From assembly GCA_963849325.1 (NCBI GenBank), contig CAWKHF010000009.1, forward strand, positions 128,001-192,000: a stretch of DNA of 64,000 nucleotides, read 5' to 3'. The position numbers and the translations under genes were made by a program. Shown here in pieces: positions 40,001 through 52,168 of the stretch. Each line of letters begins with the position of its first letter. Within the stretch, counting starts at the first letter, position 1. Source of the stretch: an uncultured Planctomycetota bacterium (lineage in GTDB: Bacteria > Planctomycetota > Planctomycetia > Gemmatales > Gemmataceae). The notes below the pieces were generated by a model. The model saw nothing but the letters and a program-made list of their open reading frames with translations. It was not told where the DNA came from and did not search any database.

Positions 40001-43000
40001 TGATCGTGTTCGGGAGAAACATGTGGCCGGCGCCGGCGCTGGCGCCTGGGGCTTGGCTCGCTGGTGCTGGCGGTTCGGCCGGACGCCCGGATCGCGGCCG
40101 GAGGATTTCTCCTCGCCTGGCTGCTGTCGCCGCTGGTCGCCTGGTGGGCCAGCCAGGAGCGGCAGGTGCGCGAAAAGCCGCTCACGACTGCCGAGCGGCG
40201 TCGAGCTGGGGCTGATCGCCCGCAAGACGTGGGGCTTCTTTGAGTCGTTCGTCGGTCGCCGAGGACCACTGGCTGCCGCCGGACAACTTTCAGGAGGAAC
40301 CGCGCCATCAGGTGGCCCACCGCACCTCGCCGACCAACCAGGGCTTACTGCTGGTGGCCACGTTGGCCGCCGAGGATTTCGGCTATCTCAGCCTCGGTTC
40401 CCTGGTGGAGCGACTGGAGAAGACGTTCGACACGCTGGACCGGCTCGAACGCCATCGCGGCCACTTCTACAACTGGTACGACACGCGCACCCTGCAGCCG
40501 TTGCAGCCGACCTATATCTCGACGGTGGACAGCGGCAACCTGGTGGGCTGCCTGCTGACGCTCAAGCAAGGTTTGCGGGAGAAGACGCGCGAGCCGTTGC
40601 TCGGCGCCGCGGTGCTGAGCGGCCTGGGCGACACGCTGCAGGTGGTGCGCGAGGCGTGGTACAACCTGGGAGCGTTGGCCGGGACAGAGGTGGGTCGTAT
40701 CCGCGCGGAAATGGGGTCCGGCCTGAAAGCCCTGGAGGCGGGCCTTCACGACGCGCCGGCGGACCTGCCCGACTGGGCGAAATGGCTGCGCGACCGCAAG
40801 GCCCGGGCCGCGGCCCTGTCGGCCGGCGTACACGTGCTGGTCGAGTCGGGCCATCCCTTCGCCGTCGAACTGGACCTGTGGATGCGACGGTTGACGGCCC
40901 TGTTCGATCAGCGCGAGCGCGAGTTGGCCGAACTGGCCCCCTGGGTGGGTCTGCTGGCCGACCCGCAAGCGGAACGGATCGAAGCGACGCTGACGCAGGC
41001 CGGCGTGGAGTCGGCGCAGCGCTGGCCGGCGGCTGCGACAGAAACTCGCGGGCATCTTCACCCTGTCAGAGTTCGAGGCCAACCAAAAGGATCTGCTGGC
41101 GGACCTGGATGCGCTGGCGGAGAAGGCGGGGAAAGACGAGGCCGCGGCCGACTGGTTGCGACAGGTACGCGAGGCGGTGTCGCACTCCTCGGCGGAGCCT
41201 CTGCTGGAGCGCTGCCGCCGGCTGATGGCGCGAGCGGAGGAGATGGCGGCCGCCATGGACTTTCGCTTCCTCTACAAGACCGGATCGGCACCTGTTTGCT
41301 ATCGGCTACAACGTGGCGCAGGGCGCGGCTGGATTCGGCGTGCTACGACCTGCTGGCCTCGGAGGCTCGCCTGGCCAGCTTTCTGGCCATCGCGCGCGGC
41401 GACGTGCCGCGCCGTCACTGGTTCCACCTGGGCCGGGCCGTGGTCCGGGCCGGCGGCCGACTGTGCCTGGTGTCGTGGGGCGGCACCATGTTCGAGTACC
41501 TGATGCCGCAATTGTTTCTCCGCCGATACCCTGGCACTCTGCTCGATGAGAGCTGCGAGGCGTCGGTGGACGAGCAGATCGCTTACGGCCATCAGCGCCG
41601 CGTGCCGTGGGGCATCTCCGAGTCGGCCTTCAGCAGCCAGTACGTCAGCTTCGATTACCAGTATCAGACCTTCGGCGTGCCGACCCTGGGACTCAAGCGC
41701 GGGCTGGTCTGGATCTGGTGGTCGCGCCTTACGCGACGGCGCTGGCCGCGATCGTGCGCCCGCACGAGGCGCTGCGGAACTTCCGTGTCCTGGCGGCCGA
41801 GGGGGCGACCGGGAAGTACGGCTTTTACGAAGCCATCGATTACACGCGCGAGCCGGCTGCCGGAGAATCATCGCTCCCTGGTGGTGCGCTGCTTCATGGC
41901 CCATCACCAGGGCATGAGCCTGGTGGCGCTGGCCAACTGTCTGCTGGGCGGGGCATGGTGCGCCGCTTCCACGCCGAGCCGATGGTGCGCGCGACGGAGC
42001 TACTGTTGCAGGAACGCGTGCCCAGCGTCGCCGCGCCCGGTGGACACGCCGGACGAGGAGGTGGTGCCGCGGCCGGTCGGCCAGGGCGGGCAAGATCTGC
42101 TTAGCCGGCAATTGACCACGCCCAACACGCCGGGGCCGCGCACGCATCTGCTGTCCAACGGGCAATTATCTGGTCATGCTCACCAACGCCGGCTCCGGTT
42201 TCAGCCGCTGCGGCGACCTGGACGTGACGCGCTGGCGCGAGGACTGCACGCGCGACGATTACGGCCAGTTCTGCTACGTCCGCGACCTGCGCAGCGGCTT
42301 GTTGTGGTCGGCGGGACATCAGCCGGTATGCCGGCCGACCAAGCACTATGAGGTGGTCTACTCGGCGGACAAGGCGGAGTTCCGCCGTACCGATGGGGCC
42401 ATCGCCACCCATCTGGAGATCACGGTCGCTCCCGAGCACTGCGCCGAGGTGCGCCGCCTGACGCTGACCAATCACGACCGGCGGGCGCACGACCTGGAAC
42501 TGACCAGCTATGCCGAGGTCGTGCTGGCGCCGCACGGGGCGGACCTGGCTCACCCGGCGTTCGGCAAGTTGTTTTTGGAAACCGAATGGGTGGACTCGCA
42601 CCACGCCTTGTTGTGCCGGCGCCGACCGCGACAGGCGGGGCAGGAACCGATCTGGGCGGTCCACGTCGTCACGCTGGAAGGGCAGACGGACTCGACGGTG
42701 GAATACGAGACGGATCGGGCGCGCTTCCTGGGGCGCGGGCGGACGCCGGCGGCCCCGGCTGCGGTCGAGCCGGGCGTGTCGCTGTCGAAGACGACCGGCC
42801 CGGTGCTCGATCCGATTTTCAGCATTCGGCGGCGTTTCCGCCTGGAGGCGGGCGAGGCGCTGTCGCGTGCTGCTGTGCACGGGCGTGGCCAAGGGCCGCG
42901 AGGAAGCGCTGTCGCTGGCCGACCATTACCGCGATGGTCAGGCCGTCTCGCGCGTCTTCGATCTGGCCTGGGCGCACAGCCAGGTCGAACTGCGACACCT

Positions 43001-46000
43001 GCAAATCAGCACGACCGACGTACATCTGTTTCAGCGGCTGGCGACGCACTTGCTGTACGCCGGCCCGGCGCTGCGCCGCCCCGGAAGTGCTGGCCGCCAA
43101 TCGTCAGGGCCAGCCCGGACTATGGCGTTACGGCATCTCCGGCGAGAAGCCGATCCTCCTCGTCCGCGTCGGCGCCGGCGAGGATCTGCCGCTGGTCCGC
43201 CACCTGTTGCTGGCCCATTCGTACTGGCACTTGAAGGGCTTGGCGGTGGACCTCGTCATCCTGAGCGAGCAGCCGGCCAGCTACGTCGAGGAGTTGTTCC
43301 AGCAGATCCAGGAGGCGGTGCGGTCCAGCCACTCGCACGGTCTGGTGGACAAGCCGGGCGGCGTGTTCGTGCGCAAGGCGGCACAGATGCCGGAGGAGGA
43401 CCAGGTACTCTTGCAGGCGGCGGCGCGCGTGGTGCTGACGGGCCGGCGCGGGTCGCTGGCGGTGCAGCTGGGCGAACTGGGCGACCGGGCCGCGCCGGCG
43501 GCGCCGCTGCCGGAGCGCTTCGCGCCGGCGCGAGGGCCACGCAAGAGCGGCGGGACCGACGACCGAACGTGTCGCTGCCGTCGGACCTGCTGTTCGCCAA
43601 TGGACTGGGCGGCTTCACGCGCGGATGGTCGAGAATACTGCATCCTGCCCTACCGCAAGCCCGAGGGGCGAGAGGCGAGAAGCGAGGGACGAGGGAGAAG
43701 TCTCGGGCTTCGCCACGGCACGAGTATCGCTGTCCGCAGCACGATCCTCGCTGTTTTCCGCCGGCGCCGTGGATCAACGTCGTGGCCAACCCGCTGTGCG
43801 GCTTTCTGGTCTCCGAGAGCGGCCTGGGCTACACCTGGGCCGGCAACAGCCAGCAGTATCGGCTGACGCCGTGGAGCAACGATCCAGTCAGCGATCCGCC
43901 GGCCGAGGTGGTGTATCTGCGCGACGAGGAGACCGGCGAGGTCTGGACGCCGACGCCGCGACCGCTGGGTCGGGGCGCGGCCGACCCTGGTGCGCCACGG
44001 CCAGGGCTACACGCGCTTCGAGCAGCGCAGTCACGGCCTGAACCAGGAGCTGCGCGTCTTCGTCGTCGCCCGACGAGCCGGTCAAGATGATCGCCGCTGC
44101 GCGTGCTGGAACTCCGGCAGCCAGCCGCGCCGCCTGTCGGCGACGTTCTACGCCGAATGGGTCCTCGGCAGCGTGCGCGACCAGGCGGCGATGAACGTGC
44201 GCACGGAGATCGATGAGCGAGAGCGGGGCGCTCCTGGCGCGGAACCCGTTCGCGGCGGACTTCGCCGACCAGGTGGCCTTCGCCGACGTGAACCTGCGGC
44301 CGCGCACCCTGACCGGCGACCGCACCGAGTTTTTGGGTCGCAACAGTTCGGTGGACGCGCCGGCGGCGCTGGGGCGGGTGGAGTCTATCCGGCCGGGTCG
44401 GGCCGGGGCTGGATCCCGTGCGCCGCCTTGCAAGCGGCGTTCGAGTTGCCGGCCGGCGAAGAGTGCGAGGTCGTCTTCTTCCTTGGCTCCGCCCGCGATG
44501 TCGGCATCGTCCGCGCCCTGCTGCGGCGCTGCAAGGGACCGGGCCGCGTCCGCGCTGCCTGGGACGACGTGCAGCAGCGCTGGGACCGCGTGCTGACGGC
44601 GGTGCAGGTGCGCACGCCGGACCCGGCGATGGACGTGCTGCTCAACCGATGGCTGCTCTACCAGGTGCTCGAGCTGCCGCGTCTGGGGCCGATCCGCCTT
44701 CTACCAGTCCGGCGGCGCCTACGGCTTCCGCGACCAGTTACAGGACGTGATGGCCCTCGTTTACGGCGCCCCGGAGGAGACGCGGGCGCAGATCCTGCGG
44801 GCGGCGGCTCGCCAGTTCGTCGAAGGCGACGTGCAGCACTGGTGGCACCCGCCCGCCGGCAAGGGCGTCCGCACGCGCATCTCCGACGATTACCTGTTTC
44901 TGCCCTTCGTCGTCTGCCATTACGTCGCCGTCACCGGCGACACGGCGATCCTGGACGAGAAGGTGCCGTTTCTGTCGGCGCCGATACTGAAGCCGGGGCA
45001 GGAGGAGGATTACGGCCAACCGAGGCTGGCCGACGAGTCCGGCACCATTTACGAGCATTGCGTGCGCGCGCTTGAAAAACGGGCTGCATTTCGGAGTCGC
45101 ACGGACTGCCGCTGATGGGCACCGGCGACTGGAACGACGGCATGAACAAGGTCGGCGCCGAGGGCAAGGGCGAGAGCGTCTGGAACGGCTGGTTCCTGCT
45201 GACATGCCTGCGTCACTTCGCCGAGCTGGCCGAGGCCCACGGTGACACGGACGTGGGCCGACGATTGCCGCGAGCAGGCGGAGAACCTGCGCAGCGCCAT
45301 CGAGGAACACGCCTGGGACGGCGCCTGGTATCGGCGGGCTTATTTCGACGATGGCACGCCGCTGGGCTCGGCCCAGAACGACGAGTGCCGCATCGACTCC
45401 ATCGCCCAGTCGTGGGCGGTGCTGTCCGGTGCCGGCGATCCGGAGCGGGCACAACAGGCGATGGCGGCCGTGGATGAGCAGCTGGTGCGGCGCTGGACGG
45501 CCTGATTCGCCTGTTCACGCCGCCCTTCGACAAGGGCGAGCTGCACCCCGGTTACATCAAGGGCTACGTTCCTGGCATCCGCGAGAACGGCGGCCAGTAC
45601 ACGCACGCCGCCACCTGGGTCGTGCAGGCGGCGGCCCTGCTGGGCCAGGGCGATCGCGCCAAGGAGTATTTCGATCTGCTCAGTCCGGTGCGGCACACGC
45701 ACGACGCCGGAGCAGGTGGCGCGCTATCACGTCGAGCCTTATGTGGTGGTCGCCGACATTTACGGCGAGCCGCCGCACACCGGACGCGGCGGCTGGACCT
45801 GGTACACCGGCTCCGCCGCCTGGCTGTACCGCGTCGTGCGTCGAGTCCATCCTCGGCTTCCAGCCGCGCGGCGACCGTCTCCGCATCGACCCGTGCATCC
45901 CGAAGGAGTGGAAGTCGTTCACCCTCACCTATCGGCACCGCTCGGCGACGTATCGCATCCATGTCGAAAACCTGCACGGCGTCGAGTACGGCGTCGCGGA

Positions 46001-46091
46001 AGTCATCGTCGATGGACAGAAGCACGAGGACAAGGATGTCGAGTTGGCCGACGACGGACGGACGCACGAGGTCCGCATCGTGCTGGGTTGA
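37061..46091 (+). CDS. Cyclic beta-1,2-glucan synthase (Cgs/NdvB/ChvB type, GT84 + GH94 phosphorylase domains); many frameshifts
   Basis: [148 protein letters not shown] found in order across frames. Confidence 0.92.
37729..37781. repeat. (CCCTCCA)n heptamer tract inside cgs
   Basis: GGTGGAGGG...CCCTCCACCCTCCACCCTCCACCCTCCACCCTCC; translates as [11 protein letters not shown]. Confidence 0.85.
38170..38244. repeat. Inverted heptamer arrays (GGGTGGA)n/(CCCTCCA)n in frame inside cgs
   Basis: Translates as [23 protein letters not shown] just before the conserved HVGYYL. Confidence 0.9.
39526..39586. repeat. Palindromic element family G inside cgs
   Basis: GGCGAGCGGGGGGCGTCAGCCCCCTGTTG-ctcc-CAACAGGGGGCTGACGCCCCCGCTCGCC. 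Confidence 0.9.
43662..43696. repeat. (CGAGRRR)5 heptamer tract inside cgs
   Basis: CGAGGGG CGAGAGG CGAGAAG CGAGGGA CGAGGGA between the REY and PAPWINV motifs. Confidence 0.75.
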
Positions 46092-46097
46092 TCTTCA

Positions 46098-46235
46098 TTT
46101 CAGGTCGGCGTGCTGCGTTCGAGCGTCCCCCTTGCTCGACGCGAGGAGTGGATCGCCCGGCACGCGCCGCAGCTCGACGTGGTGGTCAGTCATCCCCGGC
46201 TGGTGGAAACGGGCCTGGACCTGTTCGACAAGGAG
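46098..46235 (+). pseudogene. Fragment resembling the C-terminal domain of ICE-type SF2 helicases
   Basis: VLRSSVPLARREEWI...DVVVSHPRLVETGLDLF, recalled as similar to the NPELVKTGLDL motif; no start codon or RBS. Confidence 0.45.
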
Positions 46236-46687
46236 ACTCGGGGATGGAATCCCGCCGATGAGGTACCGATGGTAGGAACGTTCGCTCCGGTCTACCAGCA
46301 CGTGCTGGGCCCACTGCCCGCCCCTACTGTTCCCGGCGTCCTGGGATTTCCTCCAGGCTCCCGAGAATTGTCGGCGTACTGTTGGCCCCGCCGCACATCA
46401 AGGAGGTGGCCCTGCTTCAGACGCTCGGCTTGCCGACGACCTTGAGCCTTGGCCTGCAGAAGTGGTCGTTGCCCCGACTGAGAAGGCTCAACCGCCGCTT
46501 CGCCGGCGCGGATTTTATGGCCGAGCCAGAGGAACCGGAGACTGCAGAGGACAAGCGCGTGCATCCGATCGGTCTCGTGCTTGCCCAGACGCAGACAGCG
46601 CTGCCCACTCCCGCGGCAAAACGCCACGGTCCGCAGCCGCCCCAGCGGCTCCGACGGCGCGTTGCTCCCGAAGGACTTCACCTCGGC

Positions 46688-46725
46688 GTTTCACGGCGAC
46701 GCTCCGCTGCGCATCGCGGTGGAAC
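46688..46725. repeat. Degenerate, internally deleted family A palindrome
   Basis: GTTTCACGGCGACGCTCCGCTGCGCATCGCGGTGGAAC. Confidence 0.6.
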
Positions 46726-46748
46726 GAATGTAATTGTCGGACAAACCT

Positions 46749-47336
46749 TTAGGCGCCGGCGGCGTGGGCCGGCCGGGCGCCCAGAGGCTGGAGCATCCAG
46801 CCCTCGACCTCGATGGAGGCCCCACGCTGGATGAAGTCCACCTCAATCACAAATCGCATGCGTCTGTCGCGGCGGACAATTTTTCCCTGGAGTCCGGCGA
46901 GCGGTCCCGCCGTCAGCACCGCGGACATGCCGGGCTGGAGGCGGTCCTCCGGGGCCACGGGGGCACCGCACTCCATCAGCTGGTAGATCCGCGCCAGGTC
47001 CACCTCCAGCTGCTCGGCCGCAGGGACCGGGAGCACACGGACGACTTGATTCGTCTTCAGGGCCGCCAAACGAGCGTCCTCGTCTCCCCGCAGGAAAACG
47101 TAGCCAGGGAAGAGAGGGACGTGAGAAACCAGCGGCCGACCACGGCTCTGCCATTGTTTTCGGTAGAGGGGGAGGAAGAAGTCTTGTCGGAGCGTCAGGA
47201 GCTTGCGAGCCAGGGACTTTTCTGCTCGGGGTCGGCTATGGAGGACCCACCAAGTTCCTGCTACCCTCGGACCTGGACCGGGCGGGGTCAAGAGGTCAGC
47301 CGGGTAGACGAACGGCTCCAGGGGCAGTAGAGGCAT
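46749..47336 (-). CDS. NusG/RfaH/UpxY-family transcription antiterminator
   Basis: WWVLHSRPRAEK.LA, FLPLY, PLFPGYVFL, KOW-like GPLAGL.G. Confidence 0.9.
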   Translation of the reverse strand: MPLLPLEPFVYPADLLTPPGPGPRVAGTWWVLHSRPRAEKSLARKLLTLRQDFFLPLYRKQWQSRGRPLVSHVPLFPGYVFLRGDEDARLAALKTNQVVRVLPVPAAEQLEVDLARIYQLMECGAPVAPEDRLQPGMSAVLTAGPLAGLQGKIVRRDRRMRFVIEVDFIQRGASIEVEGWMLQPLGARPAHAAGA

Positions 47337-48024
47337 CAGTCGGGGATCTCGGTTTCATCGACCCCCAAGTCCGTCCTGGCTACGGGAATCGCCTTCTTCC
47401 CCAGCATCCTGAAGGGGAACGCCAACGACAAAAAAAGCACGGATTCGCCGTCAGACACGGCGAGTCACTTCATCCCGAACGGTCAACGAGTCAATAAGGA
47501 AGCCGGCCATGGCGGAGGGACTTACTCCAGCATCGGGCCTTTGCCAAAGTTTCCTTCCCTCCGTCCATCAGAGTGGCGGAGAACCTAACGGTAAACTCGG
47601 TAAGACAGGAACACCTTACAAAGTCGGGACGGAGGTTGTCAAGGACATTAACGGAAAATTAGTCACATTTGGACATACGTAAGGACGTTCGGGAACGGGA
47701 ACGCCTAAGTCGAGATGAACAAACGGATTGCGAATCTCCCCGCCAGGAAGAAATATCCGGGAAGAAACCCGCCGCGGGGCACGGAGTGATCGGGACGATC
47801 GCAAGTCTTCGCAATGATTCTACTTTCGCCGTCCGGTCGGACCCCCGGGCCGCAGAGCGGGTCACTATCCGGATGGGTCCGGACCTCGAACGGACGCGGA
47901 TTCTTAATCCGATTAACAGAACAACGTAAAGCATCCGTATCGTCTCGTCCGAGTCGCCCCGGGCAGTCCGCGCGAACCCTTCATCGCAAGACATTCCCCC
48001 GCGGGACCGACGACCTCGGCCGCG

Positions 48025-48191
48025 TGCTGAGGAAGACGGCGCCGGGCTGGATGCCGCCGTGGGGACTGGAGTGGCTCTACCGGCTGAGCCAGGAGCCGGG
48101 ACGGCTCTGGCGCCGCTACCGGGTCACCAATACGATCTTCCTAGTGAAAATCGGCCTGGCGCTATCAAGAAGAATCCTCAACCACGGATAA
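48025..48191 (+). pseudogene. 3' remnant of a WecB/TagA/CpsF glycosyltransferase gene
   Basis: AP.WM...GLEWLYRL.QEP.RLWRRY..TN..F, the family C-terminal signature; the rest of the gene is absent. Confidence 0.8.
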
Positions 48192-48271
48192 CACGGATAA
48201 GAAAAGCAGAGAGGCAGCGCGACACCCACCGTCCCTATTTTCCCTCCCGTGCTATCCGTGTTCTCCGTGGT
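48181..48271. repeat. Palindromic element family H (ACCACGGATAACACGGATA...TATCCGTGTTCTCCGTGGT)
   Basis: Inverted arms built from CACGGA(T) units; supplies the TAA of the WecB remnant. Confidence 0.7.
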
Positions 48272-48456
48272 CCTCCGGGTGCGGTCCTTTCTTACCGGGA
48301 GCGACTCTGTTCTCATCAGATTCTCACGATGGGTAGCCTACATTCTCCGCCGGGTCGCTCCTCCGCGCGGATCGCGTGTCCGATCGCGCGGGGGAAGTAT
48401 TTCCGCACCCTGTCCTCTCCCGAGTTTCGTCAGCATTTTCCGTGCGGGGTGACGTT

Positions 48457-48932
48457 ATGCCAACGATCAAGGAACTTCACGTCAACGGCGCGCGGCGGAC
48501 CCTCGACGCCGACGCGGAGCGCAGTCTGCTCAGCGTCTTGCGCGACGACCTGGATCTGACGGGGTGCAAGTACGGCTGCGGCGAAGGCCGCTGTGGTGCC
48601 TGCACGGTACTCCTCGACGGTCGCCCGATTCGGTCCTGCACCACGCTCGTGCGTGCCGCCGCGGGCAAGAAGGTCCAGACCATCGAAGGACTGGCACAGG
48701 ATGGCAAGCTTCACCCGGTACAGGAAGCGTTCCTGGAGATGGGCGCCTTGCAGTGCGGCTACTGCACGCCGGGCATGATCGTGTCGGCCGTGGGACTCCT
48801 GAGCCGCGAGCCACAGCCGGGCCGCGAGGAGATCGTCCGTTTCATGGGCGGCAACATCTGCCGGTGCGGCACCTATGCGCGGATCGTGTCGGCCATCGAG
48901 AAGGCGGCACGGGTGATGAAGGAGGGCGGTCA

Positions 48933-48936
<4 letters not shown>
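48457..48936 (+). CDS. (2Fe-2S)-binding small subunit of a molybdo-oxidoreductase (IorA/CoxS type)
   Basis: G.KYGCGEG.CGACTV, SC, TIEGL, QCGYCTPG, NICRCG.Y. Confidence 0.95.
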
Positions 48937-51107
<2,171 letters not shown>

Positions 51108-51145
51108 CTTCCGACTCCGATTCCTTGCTCTTGGACCTGCATTCG

Positions 51146-51540
51146 CCCGGATTATTCAAACCCCTCACCGCAGGACAGCCGCCCAAGGGCATCCTGCCCG
51201 TTGGTCATGGAACTCCGGCCAGGACCGGCCCCGAGGACACACCGCTCCCTTGGATCGGGTCAGCCCGATGCGCTGGTCGAACTGGCGAATGCGGAGCAAT
51301 CCGGCGTCGCCGGACAGTTGGCCCTCGGACGGCTCAATGACGAGTGGCGTGCCAGGAAAAACGAGGATTTGTCGCCACGCGGATGGTAAACTCATCGGCA
51401 GTCTCCGTGGGAGAGAATCGAACCGGACGCTCAACCGGTTGGACGCGGAAGCGAGCGCTACCATTCCCCAACCGGCCGGAGGGTGGCCGTCGCAGTTGTC
51501 TGCACCGCACTCGCGCTTTCGAGAGAGCGCCGATGAACGA
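51146..51540 (-). mobile_element. Internally deleted IS1380-family element (transposase N-terminus joined to the IS end)
   Basis: ATG 51395 gives MSLPSAW...VIEPSEGQLSGDAGLLRIRQFDQRIGLT (IS1380-type S.DAGLL motif); terminal CCCGGATTATTCA at 51146-51158. Confidence 0.72.
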
Positions 51541-52111
51541 AGTCACCCAGATCCTGTCCAACCTTACACGGGGCGACACCCACGCCGCCGGGCAGTTGCT
51601 GCCGTTGGTTTACGACGAGCTTCGCCGTCTCGCCGCCGCCCGTCTGGCCGCCGAACCGGCCGGCCACACCCTCCAGCCGACCGCCCTAGTCCACGAAGCA
51701 TACCTCCGGCTGGTCGGCACAGCCGACGGCGACCAGTGGGACCATCGCGGCCACTTCTTCGCCGCCGCGGCCGAGGCCATGCGGCGCATCCTCGTCGAAG
51801 CCGCGCGCCGCAAGAAGACCACCAAGCACGGCGGCGGACTGCACCGACACGACGCCAACGACCTGCCCCTCGCCGCGCCGCCCGTCGAGGACGACCTCGT
51901 CGCGCTCGACGAGGCGCTCACCCGCTTCGCTCAGATCGAGCCACAGAAGGCCGAACTCGTGAAGCTCCGCTATTTCGTGGGGCTAACCATCGAGGAGACC
52001 GCGGCAGCCCTCGGCATCTCCCCGGCGACGGCGAAGCGGCACTGGGCGTACAGCAAGGCGTGGCTGTTTCAGGCACTGGGGGGCGAGGAAAAAAAGTTCG
52101 AGAATCCGTGA
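51533..52111 (+). CDS. ECF sigma factor, TIGR02999/ECF43 type
   Basis: LLPLVYDELRRLAA, HTLQPTALVHEAYLRL, FF.AAA.AMRRILV..AR, LDEAL, LVKLRYF.GL, W...KAWL. Confidence 0.93.
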   Translation: MNEVTQILSNLTRGDTHAAGQLLPLVYDELRRLAAARLAAEPAGHTLQPTALVHEAYLRLVGTADGDQWDHRGHFFAAAAEAMRRILVEAARRKKTTKHGGGLHRHDANDLPLAAPPVEDDLVALDEALTRFAQIEPQKAELVKLRYFVGLTIEETAAALGISPATAKRHWAYSKAWLFQALGGEEKKFENP

Positions 52112-52168
52112 GCTGATTGCGACCCCGTTCTCGCATTACTGGCACCTCAACCGTCACGGGGGCACGCC

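Noticed and set aside
37061-46091. Programmed frameshifting or a multi-gene operon in cgs
   Set aside because: Motifs are collinear with a single Cgs protein, I saw no consistent slippery sites, and similar indels occur throughout the window.
47340-48020. Riboswitch or ncRNA in the long intergenic region
   Set aside because: I could not recognise any known RNA family by eye; an Rfam/Infernal search would be needed.
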